A stretch of 41,752 nt of DNA from NCBI GenBank assembly GCA_032718475.1, contig JAUCBJ010002596.1, positions 1 through 41,752 of the forward strand, given 5' to 3'. A program made the translations under genes and the position numbers. This stretch comes from Nemertoderma westbladi (Eukaryota; Animalia; Xenacoelomorpha). A model generated the notes under the pieces. The model was not told the origin of the DNA, did not search any database, and saw only the letters and a list, made by a program, of their open reading frames with translations. Shown in pieces: positions 1-12,600 of the stretch (its first letter is position 1; each line of letters starts with the position of its first letter).

Positions 1-136
1 GGAATAAAGATATTAAATATGTGGTATTGGTGTTTGTATGATGTGTTTTAGTAATGTAATGGTATCAAAACCAAAGTGTTATTTCATGTAATTTATTACT
101 TTCGATTTATGATTTCAATATTGTTTTTATTTCCAG

Positions 137-3100
137 GGCAACACATTGACCATCCTCAGGAAGGTGTACTACCGCCGTTGCCATGGGATATAAAGGTACA
201 TTACCATGGATATATAAAATTATCATTGTTCTTAATGAAATAATGAAAAGGAATTGAGTTCTGGACACATACAGTAGTAACTCACCTTGAGACTGATTGT
301 GGAGCGAGCCAATCAGTCAGTCGCCCTGACTGATTGGCTCGCCCCACAATCAGTGCGCTAAGGCTCGCCGCTTTAGCGCACAATTTTATGTCCGCCTGTC
401 TGTCTGTCTGTCTTTACGTCTGTCTGTACGTCTGTCTGTTCGTCTGTAATGAAAAATTAATTCGTAAATAACTTTTGAAGATTTTAACCATTTTCAACCA
501 AATTTTGTATGGGCATACTAGAGAAAAAGTTCCAATACTTTTGAAAGTTACGGGCAAATGCCTCTCGAAGTTTTGACTCCAGATGTTCCAGGTTTTGACT
601 CAAATCGAACTTGTTTCGAACTTGCTCAAGTTCGCGTGCTGCGCGACTCCCCACGAACGTGTATCTGTGTACAAGGTCGGTCGTGTCACACCGAAAAATT
701 ATTCATTCCTTTACTTGGGTGAAACAATCTAAGCCGCTAATTAAATTATTTTGATGAGTTTGGATACCAGATACTACAGTAGGCCTATTGCTAGCAGTTT
801 GGAAAACTTTGTATTAGGGGAAACGTGACATTAGAAAATACCCTTAATGTATTTATAACTATTAACTAATTTTTTAATTGTTTAATAACCAAATAATTAA
901 TTGTAAATTCACATTAAAACATTTTTCATTATTTAATGTTTTTTATCTCGCAGGTTCCACCTCCAACAACTTTTAAGGAATCGATGCAAAATGTTGAGGT
1001 TCCCCAAACAGCCAGCATTAAGAACTGCCATAACTGCCAAGGTAAAAGGAAAGAGGTATGCTACACATGTGGTGGAAACGCAAAGGTAAGAGGATAAGAT
1101 AATATTTAAACTGTAAGATTTTTTTTTAATTTGGAATGTCAAATTTTTTCACTTCATGTAGAGCAGATTTTATGGGGATTCAAAATCTGAAAACCGCTTA
1201 ACAAAATATTTTTTACTTCTCGAGATATTACTGTCTGTCCTCTGATGTCGGTCTATCAGTCAAAACATTAGAATGCGCCTTGTCTGTCTAAAAATGTGGT
1301 GCGTGGGTTTTCTGGTCAGTGATTTAATTTCCGATGTCAGTTTGAAAATAAAATATTTAAGTGCCATTGTAAATAGTCACACAGGCGATAGTGTAGGGTA
1401 CTAGTTGAGTTTAGTTATTCAGTAATAATCTTGGATTGGTTTTTCTGGAATAATTATAATACTAATAGAAAAATTATTCTATATAGTTATTTGAATAAAC
1501 ACTCTCAACAAAGGCAGCTATATTATTTTGATCTTCAGGTGACCTGCAAAGGATGTAACGGTGACGGAATGGAGCCTACATTTGAGGAAGGATTCAGTAA
1601 GCACATGCTGTGTACAGTGTGTACCGGTACGGGTAGGAAGCAGTGTACTAAATGTGTGGGAGAAGGACTAGTAACCTGTGCTACCTGCACTGGGAAAGGC
1701 GCCCTCAAGTGTTACATTAATTTATCTATTATATGGTAAGTGTATCTAGATAATTGGAAATAGGGACAACACCCAAAAACGGTGACAACTTCCATACTGT
1801 TATTCGTAGTATTTGTTGCCATTGATGACTAGTCTAGTGTTATTTTTTACTGTGGCTGAGTGTTGTCACCGTATTAACTATATGTTAATTAATCAATTCC
1901 CTGAAGCAAATTCGATTAGATTTTTTGTATGTCTCAAACTGTGCTGTGGAAATACACCATCAACATGTTTGTCTGTTTGCTCACTGATTGAACATCATTG
2001 TAAAGTAATCTTTCGGTCAAATTTGATAAAATTTTCCACTGAAAGAAAGGTCTTCATTCTTCGACAAAATCATCTATGTTCGTTTACTAAAGATTTGCAC
2101 TGCCTCTTTAGACTGTATAAAACTAGGGATAATATTCAATTGACACTGACTTTGTACGCGATAAGTTCCCTTATTTCAGATCCACATAGACTGGGTCAAA
2201 TTCCGCCAAGTCGTCGAATATGTCTCGTGATTATCACTATGGTTGATCCCTTCTTAATTACCCACATAATCCCACGGTTTCTATTAACTTTCAGGAGAAA
2301 CCATGTTGAGGAGAGATTCATAGAACGTCAGCACATGCTGCCTAAAGAGGTTTCCATTCTTGCGGCTACTCCCCAAACTGTTTATCATGAAAAGGATAGT
2401 CGGGTTAGTGATGTAGGCCTACAGTGATGTAGGCCTACATGAATTGCTTTTGTATTCGCTATGCATTGATTTAATTTATAATTTTAATATTTAATTTTAA
2501 TGACTACTATAATCGGGCTGCCGCCTTATCAACAAACTTGCGCAGCCACAACTCCATATCTCCTATGACTTTCGCGATATTATCCGTATCTTCAAGTCCA
2601 GTGTCCTTTAAGAGGCGCCTCAAGAATAATCAAACCAAAAAGCCATCCAGAGATTTGGTGCCCTCAGCAGTTTGACCCTAGCATCGAGGAGTACTGGTTC
2701 TACTGCTGCTCTAATTAATAGATTCAGATGTATTCGATATTACTTCCAAATCCTGGACCTCCAAACAATTGGAAACAAATAAGCCATCACACAAACAAGT
2801 GTACCGACTATTAAATCATCCGGGGATATATAGCAACCTACAAATGATACAGGACTGAAAATTAGTTGCTATATATATGAATATCATTTGAGTTTGGTGT
2901 ACGGCATTCATTTGTGTTTGCTGTATATGGATTTATTTTGTGTTTGCTGTACATGGCTTTCATTTGTGTTTGCTGTACATGGCTTTCATTTGTGTTTGCT
3001 GTATATGGATTTATTTTGTGTTTGCTGTACATGGCTTTCATTTGTGTTTGCTGTATATGGATTTATTTTGTGTTTGCTGTACATGGCTTTCATTTGTGTT

Positions 3101-6100
3101 TGCTGTACATGGCTTTCATTTGTGTTTGATGTACATGGCTTTCATTTGTGTTTGCTGTATATGGCTTTCATTTGTGTTTGCTGTATATGGATTTATTTTG
3201 TGTTTGCTGTACATGGCTTTCATTTGTGTTTGCTGTACATGGCTTTCATTTGTGTTTGCTGTATATGGCTTTCATTTGTGTTTGCTGTATATGGATTTAT
3301 TTTGTGTTTGCTGTACATGGCTTTCATTTGTGTTTGCTGTATATGAATTTATTTTGTGTTTGCTGTACATGGCTTTCATTTGTGTTTGCTGTACATGGCT
3401 TTCATTTGTGTTTGCTGTACATGGCTTTCATTTGTGTTTGCTGTACATGGATTTATTTTGTGTTTGCTGTACATGGCTTTCATTTGTGTTTGCTGTACAT
3501 GGCTTTCATTTGTGTTTGATGTACATGGCTTTCATTTGTGTTTGCTGTATATGGCTTTCATTTGTGTTTGCTGTATATGGATTTATTTTGTGTTTGCTGT
3601 ACATGGATTTATTTTGTGTTTACTGTGTACGTGTATATGGATATATTTTGTATTTGCTGTACATGACTTTCATTTGTGTTTGCTGTACATGGCTTTCATT
3701 TGTGTTTGCTGTATATGGATTTATTTTGTGGTTGATGTATATGGATTTATTTTGTGTTTGCTGTACATGGCTTTCATTTGTGTTTGCTGTACATGGCTTT
3801 CATTTGTGTTTGCTGTATATGGCTTTCATTTGTGTTTGCTGTATATGGATTTATTTTGTGTTTGCTGTATATGGATTTATTTTGTGTTTGCTGTATATGG
3901 ATTTATTTTGTGTTTGCTGTACATGGCTTTCATTTGTGTTTGCTGTACATGGCTTTCATTTGTGTTTGCTGTATATGGATTTATTTTGTGTTTGCTGTAC
4001 ATGGATTTATTTTGTGTTTGCTGTACATGGCTTTCATTTGTGTTTGCTGTATATGGATTTATTTTGTGTTTGCTGTACATGGCTTTCATTTGTGTTTGCT
4101 GTATATGGATTTATTTTGTGTTTGCTGTACATGGCTTTCATTTGTATTTGCTGTATATGGATTTATTTTGTGTTTGCTGTACATGGATTTATTTTGTGTT
4201 TGCTGTATATGGATTTATTTTGTGTTTGCTGTACATGGATTTATTTTGTGTTTGCTGTACATGGCTTTCATTTGTGTTTGCTGTACATGGATTTATTTTG
4301 TGTTTGCTGTACATGGCTTTCATTTGTGTTTGCTGTACATGGCTTTCATTTGTGTTTGCTGTACATGGCTTTCATTTGTGTTTGCTGTACATGGATTTAT
4401 TTTGTGTTTGCTGTACATGGCTTTCATTTGTGTTTGCTGTACATGGCTTTCATTTGTGTTTGATGTACATGGCTTTCATTTGTGTTTGCTGTATATGGCT
4501 TTCATTTGTGTTTGCTGTATATGGATTTATTTTGTGTTTGCTGTACATGGATTTATTTTGTGTTTACTGTGTACGTGTATATGGATATATTTTGTATTTG
4601 CTGTACATGACTTTCATTTGTGTTTGCTGTACATGGCTTTCATTTGTGTTTGCTGTATATGGATTTATTTTGTGTTTGCTGTACATGGCTTTCATTTGTG
4701 TTTGCTGTATATGGATTTATTTTGTGTTTGCTGTACATGGCTTTCATTTGTGTTTGCTGTACATGGCTTTCATTTGTGTTTGCTGTACATGGCTTTCATT
4801 TGTGTTTGCTGTATATGGCTTTCATTTGTGTTTGCTGTATATGGATTTATTTTGTGTTTGCTGTACATGGCTTTCATTTGTGTTTGCTGTACATGGCTTT
4901 CATTTGTGTTTGCTGTATATGGATTTATTTTGTGTTTGCTGTACATGGATTTATTTTGTGTTTGCTGTACATGGCTTTCATTTGTGTTTGCTGTATATGG
5001 ATTTATTTTGTGTTTGCTGTACATGGCTTTCATTTGTGTTTGCTGTATATGGATTTATTTTGTGTTTGCTGTACATGGCTTTCATTTGTATTTGCTGTAT
5101 ATGGATTTATTTTGTGTTTGCTGTACATGGATTTATTTTGTGTTTGCTGTATATGGATTTATTTTGTGTTTGCTGTACATGGATTTATTTTGTGTTTGCT
5201 GTACATGGCTTTCATTTGTGTTTGCTGTATATGGATTTATTTTGTGTTTGCTGTACATGGCTTTCATTTGTGTTTGCTGTATATGGATTTATTTTGTGTT
5301 TGCTGTACATGGATTTATTTTGTGTTTGCTGTACATGGCTTTCATTTGTGTTTGCTGTATATGGATTTATTTTGTGTTTGCTGTACATGGCTTTCATTTG
5401 TGTTTGCTGTATATGGATTTATTTTGTGTTTGCTGTACATGGCTTTCATTTGTATTTGCTGTATATGGATTTATTTTGTGTTTGCTGTACATGGATTTAT
5501 TTTGTGTTTGCTGTACATGGATTTATTTTGTGTTTGCTGTATATGGATTTATTTTGTGTTTGCTGTACATGGATTTATTTTGTGTTTGCTGTACATGGCT
5601 TTCATTTGTGTTTGCTGTACATGGATTTATTTTGTGTTTGCTGTACATGGATTTATTTTGTGTTTACTGTGTACGTGTATATGGATATATTTTGTATTTG
5701 CTGTACATGACTTTCATTTGTGTTTGCTGTACATGGCTTTCATTTGTGTTTGCTGTATATGGATTTATTTTGTGGTTGATGTATATGGATTTATTTTGTG
5801 TTTGCTGTACATGGCTTTCATTTGTGTTTGCTGTACATGGCTTTCATTTGTGTTTGCTGTATATGGCTTTCATTTGTGTTTGCTGTATATGGATTTATTT
5901 TGTGTTTGCTGTATATGGATTTATTTTGTGTTTGCTGTATATGGATTTATTTTGTGTTTGCTGTACATGGCCTTCATTTGTGTTTGCTGTACATGGATTT
6001 ATTTTGTGTTTGCTGTGTATATGGATATATTTTGTATTTGCTATAGACATGTATTACTGAATAATTACACTTTATTTTAAATACAGGTGTCGAGCATATC

Positions 6101-6347
6101 GGTACCAACAGAACCGGACATAACATATGCCACAGAAGAGGCGGTAAATAAATCACATACACCGTCAAACGTCTACGAACTAATACTGTGTCAGAGACAC
6201 CAGTTACGGTGCGCACCAGCACATCTCATACAATACCATTACAAAGACGTTAGAGGAATATTCTATGTTGCTGGTTTCAATAAATCAGTACATTGCCCTG
6301 ACTATCCCAAATCGTGGGCTTGCGCTAATTATTGCACTATTCTATAG
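137..6347 (+). CDS. SSUH2: SSUH2 (ssu-2 homolog)-like protein, 3' part; exons 137-195, 954-1085, 1539-1735, 2295-2403, 6087-6347 (5' exons lie upstream of the window)
   Basis: All exons are bounded by AG/GT with compatible phases (1/0, 0/0, 0/2, 2/0, 0/stop). The spliced product reads GQHIDHPQEGVLPPLPWDIK-VPPPTTFKESMQNVEVPQTASIKNCHNCQGK...CYTCGG...CKGCNGDG...CTVCTGTGRKQCTKCVGEGLVTCATCTGKG...W-RNHVEE...-...HCPDYPKSWACANYCTIL*. The DnaJ-like CxxCxGxG repeats, the PWDI..VP motif and the C-terminal YP...CTIL resemble SSUH2 as I recall the family; no search was run. Confidence 0.85.
292..560. mobile_element. Probable DINE-1/Helentron-like non-autonomous element in SSUH2 intron (boundaries approximate)
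   Basis: 29-bp stem hairpin 292-320/326-354 with one mismatch, a second hairpin GCGCTAA..TTAGCGC 355-379, then a GTCT/GTCC microsatellite (about 390-447) followed by 'ccattttcaaccaaattttg'. This layout is typical of DINE-1/HINE elements. Confidence 0.5.
2505..2755 (-). mobile_element. Internally deleted 3' fragment of the same RTE LINE family as 17761-27379
   Basis: The reverse complement contains cttaaaggacactggacttgaagatacggat...ggagttgtgg (cf. 27214-27280), caccaaatctctggatgg (identical to 26950-26967) and ttagagcagcagtagaaccagtactcctc (cf. about 26886-26914). Confidence 0.8.
2885..6046. repeat. 26-bp minisatellite, about 120 copies, in the last SSUH2 intron
   Basis: Units CATTTGTGTTTGCTGTA(C/T)ATGGCTTT and ATTTTGTGTTTGCTGTA(C/T)ATGGATTT are interspersed. 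They account for all the long Cys/Phe-rich ORFs in the track. Confidence 0.98.
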
Positions 6348-6415
6348 CAATCATTCAGATAGTGTTTTTAGTACCGTAGTGCATGCTGTGCTGATGTAGC
6401 CTAACTCTTTATTGC

Positions 6416-6421
6416 AATAAA
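6416..6421 (+). terminator. Candidate polyadenylation signal AATAAA of the SSUH2-like gene
   Basis: First AATAAA, about 70 nt after the TAG stop, with GT/T-rich sequence downstream (6480-6500). Confidence 0.45.
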
Positions 6422-6714
6422 CCTGCATTGTACTGTACAATTGAAATTATATACTACAGTAGGCCTACATTGGGCAATAATTTTTGTGTTGTGTGATATT
6501 TGAGCAATTAAAAAAAATATCTGGATTGCTTTCAATTTATTATTTTCTATTGACAGATTAGTCTGAAAGAACGAATGGTCTTAATAAATAATGGTTAATT
6601 AATAATAAACAAATTGAATAAAGATAAAAAATATAAATATAATCGTTTGTCGATTATACAAAAGAAATATTGAGAATCAGATAAATAAAAGTAAAAGTAA
6701 CCGCCATTCTTTTT

Positions 6715-7696
6715 ATCGACAGTTTTTTTAATATTTTTTCCGATGTAAAAATTTTTTCATGGAGATTCCGAATCAGAAATCGAGTTAGGGCAGCATTTTT
6801 AATTTTCACTCAAAATTTTCAAATTTGTAATTTTGTTGCAGTACCACTTTTAACACCAAATAAAAACCACCAAACACCCAAATTTTTTGAAATATTTTGC
6901 TATTTTCGGAATCCGCGCCGAAAATTACCCTATACTGCAGGTATTGAAACCATAAAAGAAATATCATTTTTGAAATTTTTTTTTAATTGTTCACTTTTGG
7001 TGCTTGTTTGGTGAGTTATAATCAGGAGGAAATTTAAATGTAATTAAACGCCTTGGTTTTTTTGGGACACTTTCTCTATATTGTGTTGACATAACTTTTA
7101 AATTTTGTTTTAAAAAAAAGTTAGGCATTTTTTGTGTAAAAAATAGCGAAATTTTCTATTTTTGTAGATTTTTGGGTAATTTTGAAACGAAAAATGAAAA
7201 TCTTTTTTAAACATTATTTGAATTAAACAAAATTTCAAAATTCCAACACAATTTTTGCGCGGAATATTCCTCTACGTAATTCGGCAAACAGAATGAAAAT
7301 CGGTTGAGTAGTTAAAAAGTACCGTAGATAGAGAAAGTGTCCCAAAAAAGCCAACGCGAGAAAAATGACATTAAAACTTTCTCCTGATTACAACTGAGCA
7401 AACATGCACCAAAAGTGAAGAATTTTCAAACCCTCTTTTTGATGATCTTCTTTTATGGTTTTAGATACCTATATGGTAGTTTTTTTCGGTGTCAAAAGTA
7501 GTGCTGCACCAAAATTACTTACAAATTTTGGGTGAAAATTACAAACGTTGCCATAACTCTACATAGAACGAAACAACTTAAAATCGAGAAACTGATTTCA
7601 GATTCGGAATAACCATAACATTTTATTCACATCGGAAAACACATTAAAAACTGTTTAAAAAAACTATGTGTGACCCCCCCTCACCCCTCCCTTAAT
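6715..7696. mobile_element. Degenerate long-TIR (foldback) non-autonomous DNA transposon, possibly Kolobok-like
   Basis: About 6715-7085 is the imperfect reverse complement of about 7325-7665 (e.g. tttttgggacactttctcta / tagagaaagtgtcccaaaaa; ttcacttttggtgc / gcaccaaaagtgaa). The right end terminates CCCCTCCC-TTAA; the left terminus is not recognisable. Confidence 0.65.
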
Positions 7697-8588
7697 GATA
7701 AATTAACATTTGCGTCAAGTTTCGAACTGGTCTAAAAAAAACGCAATCTTACAACAATCTTACACTTAAGCTTTAATATAAACAATTTTATACATATTAA
7801 TATAAATAAGAAAAAAGTACATTTATCTCAAAACTTGACTTTTCGCTGATATTTGCAAAAAAACATAGTGAGAGTGACATTATACTGTATAGTAGTGATA
7901 GAAAGGAAATTACAAAGTAGCATGGACGAATGGGTTGACAGGTTTCAAATTCGCCATCTGCACCAGAGGATTTTTCGCATGTGGAGATTGTGTTGATTTA
8001 TTAAAAACTTGTATGTTTTCTCTAATGCGTAGGGTAGGCCTACAGTTATATATTTAGTTACTGTAGTTACTGGGCCTAAACTTGTCCCAATAACGCATTT
8101 ACTGTATAGCTCCCAGACCCCCCCCCCCCCCCCCCCGCCCATTAATGGTTATTTATTGGACCAGTAATACCGTAGTTTATCAGACAAGGAATCAGACTGT
8201 GTTTTCCACATTACTGCTCAATTACAATCTCACAGTGATTATCACCTTTATCTAAAGTAGACAAATAAGATCAAGTTGTTATTTACAGCTTGTGTTAAGG
8301 TAGAAAACATCTTGTAGCGAATTCTGGCATTTAAAATTATTATTGAAGAACTCATTAATTTCATTTCATTAGGGCAGCAACCCGATCTAGCCGGTAATTT
8401 ATTTACTTTATATAACAAAAACAACATTGTTACTGATAAAAGTTACTGTAAAATCAATGCAACAGCAATAAATATCAACTTGGATGGAAATCAAAACATA
8501 TTAAAAGTTGAAATCAGCAGTAAAAGTTCTTTCGATTTAATCGATCTCGAGAATTAGAGAGCTTTAAAGACAAACATAGTATCCTCTC

Positions 8589-9431
8589 CAGGGGAAAATC
8601 GACGCAATGGTCGGCTATGTGAACCCAATAACAATGCGTCTAACCTAATTACTGTAATTGTAATGTCTCTCATTATCATGTACAGCATTTGATTGGTTAA
8701 TTGGTATAACTACGTACTATTTTATATTAGTTGGCCAGTTATTACTATTTACTATTAATTATATATTTAATGTCGATTTGAATTATTGTGTATGTGTTAA
8801 CTATTATATATGAAAACCGACCAGCCGATCACAGGTGACTTATGGAGGATAGCTAGAAGTCGGCTAGTTTACCTAAGGGAGTAATTTTGGTTAGGCCAAG
8901 TTCCAACCACTCTTGGGTTATGTATAAAGGCGACTATTCGACCCCAGTGAACTGCAAGTAAGTCGCAAGTGGTCGGCTGTTCGGCTTACATATATCATCA
9001 TAGGTCTGAAGAGTCGAATTAGTCGGCAAAGTCGGCTCCACCTATAGTCTCTATGTAAAGTTTTGCGACTTTTAGCGACCCTCCATATAGTCTATTGTAG
9101 ACCTATGATGATATATGCAAGACGAACTGACGACCACTTATGCGACTTACTCTCAGTTCACTGGGTCGAATAGTCGCCTTTATACCTGTATAATATATAT
9201 AAGAATAATATAATTATCATATTAATAGTATTACTTATAGTTTATTATTTAGTACTTTATTAAGAAATTATTATTTAGCCGTACAGTAAGCATTACACCA
9301 ATCATATTGCCTAAAACGTGATGAGTTAATTACAAAAGAAGGCTTGTGATAGGCTGCGACCTGCCGACTGGGTGCGACCATTATTTTTCAAAGAAGGGTC
9401 GATTGGGATTTGCGTCGAGTTTCACCCCCTG
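8589..9431. mobile_element. Foldback MITE with CAGGGG...CCCCTG ends and candidate 4-bp TSD TCTC
   Basis: The ends caggggaaaatcgacgcaa / ttgcgtcgagtttcaccccctg are inverted. There is an internal ~85-bp inverted repeat at about 8922-9008 / 9098-9185. TCTC flanks both sides (8585-8588, 9432-9435). Confidence 0.7.
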
Positions 9432-9626
9432 TCTCCAAACAGCAGAACGAGAACAGAGCATCACACATATAAACTTTGTAAAATCCTACTGTGCATAGTT
9501 GTTGTACTTATTTGTGTAGCTTTCTAGAATAAACTTGCGATTCAGTATGCAGGGATATATTTTACTTTATATCCCAGTTAGATCACCGATAGACTTTAAT
9601 GCAGATCCCACCAGACAGTTTCGATA

Positions 9627-12600
9627 GCTGCAACCTGAAGGTAGGGGTGGGCGCTACTCCTATCTGCAACACGAAGGTATGGGTGGGCGCTAATCCTATC
9701 TGCTACCCGAAGGTTGGGGTGGGCGTTACTCCATCTGCTACCCGAAGGTAGGGGTGGGCGCTACTCCTATCTGCTACCCTAAGGTAGGGGTGGGCGCTAC
9801 TCCTATCTGCTACCCGAAGGTAGGGGTGGGTGCTACTCCTATCTGCTACCCGAAGGTAGGGGTGGGCGCTCCTCCTATCTGTCACCCGATGGTAGGGGTG
9901 GCGCTACTCCTATCTGCTTCCCGAAGGTAAGGGTGGGCGCTATTCCTATCTGCCACCCGATGGTAGCGAAGGCGCTACTCTTATCTGCTACCCGAAGGTA
10001 AGGGTGGGCGCTACTCCTATCTGCCACCCGATGGTAGGGGTGGGCGCTACTCATATCTGCTACCCGAAGGTAGGGGTGGGCGCTACTCCTATCTGATACC
10101 CGAAGGTAGGGGGTTGGCGCTACTCCTATCTGCTACCCGAAGGTAGGGGGTGGGCGCTACTCCTATCTGCTACCCGAAGGTAGGGGTGGGCGCTACTCCT
10201 ATCTGCTACCCGAAGGAAGGGGTGGGCGCTACTCCTGTCTGCTACCGGAAGGTTGGGGTGGGCGTTAATCCATCTGCTATCCGAAGGTAGGGGTGGGCGC
10301 TACTCCTATCTGCTACCCGAAGGTAGGGGTGGGAGCTACTCCTATCAGCTATCCGAAGGTAGGGGTGGGCGCTACTCCTATCTGCTACCCGAATGTAGGG
10401 GGTGGGCACTACTCCTATCTGCTACCCGAAGGTAGGGGTGGGCGCTACTCCTATCTGCTACCCGAAGGTAGGGGTGGGCGCTACTCCTATCTGCTACCGG
10501 AAGTTTGGGGTGGGCGTTAATCCATCTGCTACCCGAAGGTAGGGGTGGGCGCTACTCCTATCTGCTACCCGAAGGTAGGGGTGGGAGCTACTCCTATCTG
10601 CTACCCGAAGGTTGGGGTGGGCGTTACTCCATCTGCTACCCGAAGGTAGGGGTGGGCGCTACTCCTATCTGCTACCCGAAGGTAGGGGTGGGCGCTACTC
10701 CTATCTGCTACCCGAAGGCATGGGTGGGCGCTACTCCTATCTGCTACCCGAAGGTAGGGGTGGGAGCTACTCCTATCTGCTACCCGAAGGTTGGGGTGGG
10801 CGTTACTCCATCTGCTACCCGAAGGTAGGGGTGGGCGCTACTCCTATCTGCTACCCGAAGGTAGGGGTGGGCGCTACTCCTATCTGCTACCCGAAGGTAG
10901 GGGTGGGTGCTACTCCTATCTGCTACCCGAAGGTAGGGGTGGGCGCTCCTCCTATCTGCCACCCGATGGTAGGGGTCGGCGCTACTCCTATCTGCTTCCC
11001 GAAGGTAAGGGTGGGCGCTATTCCTATCTGCCACCCGATGGTAGCGGTGGGCGCTACTCCTATCTGCTACCCGAAGATAAGGGTGGGCGCTACTCCTATC
11101 TGCCACCCGATGGTAGGGGTGGGCGCTACTCATATCTGCTACCCGAAGGTAGGGGTTGGCGCTACTCCTATTTGATTCCCGAAGGTAGGGGGTGGGCGCT
11201 ACTCCTATCTGCTACCCGAAGGTAGAGGGGTGGGCGCTACTCCTGTCTGCTACCGGAAGGTTGGGGTGGGCGTTAATCCATCTGCTACCCGAAGGTAGGG
11301 GTGGGCGCTACTCTTATCTGCTACCCGAAGGTAGGGGTAGGAGCTACTCCTATCAGCTATCCGAAGGTAGGGGTGGGCGCTACTCCTATCTGCTACCCGA
11401 AGGTAGGGGGTGGGCGCTACTCCTATCTGCTACCCGAAGGTAGGGGTGGGCGCTACTCCTATCTGCTACCCGAAGGTAGGGGTGGGCGCTTACTCCTATC
11501 TGCTACCGGAAGGTTGAGGTGGGCGTTAATCCATCTGCTACCCGAAGGTAGGGGTGGGCGCTACTCCTATCTGCTACCCGAATGTAGGGGGTGGGCGCTA
11601 CTCCTATCTGCTACCCGAAGGTAGGGGTGGGCGCTACTCCTATCTGCTACCCGAAGGTAGGGGTGGGCGCTACTCCTATCTGCTACCGGAAGTTTGGGGT
11701 GGGCGTTAATCCATCTGCTACCCGAAGGTAGGGGTGGGCGCTACTCCTATCTGCTACCCGAAGGTAGGGGTGGACGCTACTCCTATCTGCTACCCGAAGG
11801 TAGGGGTGGGCGCTACTCCTGTCTGCTACACGAAGGCATGGGTGGGCGCTACTCCTATCTGCTACCCGAAGGTAGGGGTGGGAGCTACTCCTATCTGCTA
11901 CCCGAAGGTTGGGGTGGGCGTTACTCCATCTGCTACCCGAAGGTAGGGGTGGGCGCTACTCCTATCTGCTACCCGAAGGTAGGGGTGGGCGCTACTCCTA
12001 TCTGCTACCCGAAGGTAGGGGTGGGTGCTACTCCTATCTGCTACCCGAAGGTAGGGGTGGGCGCTCCTCCTATCTGCCACCCGATGGTAGGGGTCGGCGC
12101 TACTCCTATCTGCTTCCCGAAGGTAAGGGTGGGCGCTATTCCTATCTGCCACCCGATGGTAGCGGTGGGCGCTACTCCTATCTGCTACCCGAAGATAAGG
12201 GTGGGCGCTACTCCTATCTGCCACCCGATGGTAGGGGTGGGCGCTACTCATATCTGCTACCCGAAGGTAGGGGTTGGCGCTACTCCTATTTGATTCCCGA
12301 AGGTAGGGGGTGGGCGCTACTCCTATCTGCTACCCGAAGGTAGGGGGTGGGCGCTACTCCTATCTGCTACCCGAAGGTAGGGGTGGGCGCTACTCCTATC
12401 TGCTACCCGAAGGTAGGGGTGGGCGCTACTCCTGTCTGCTACCGGAAGGTTGGGGTGGGCGTTAATCCATCTGCTACCCGAAGGTAGGGGTGGGCGCTAC
12501 TCTTATCTGCTACCCGAAGGTAGGGGTAGGAGCTACTCCTATCAGCTATCCGAAGGTAGGGGGTGGGCGCTACTCCTATCTGCTACCCGAAGGTAGGGGG

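Noticed and set aside
1813-2294. 5' portion of the 204-aa ORF 1813-2427
   Set aside because: It is intronic. Only 2295-2403, bounded by AG/GT, fits the SSUH2 reading frame.
2888-6080. Long Cys/Phe-rich ORFs of 486-784 aa
   Set aside because: All three + frames give the same periodic peptide because the 26-bp unit lacks stops. The array lies inside an SSUH2 intron.
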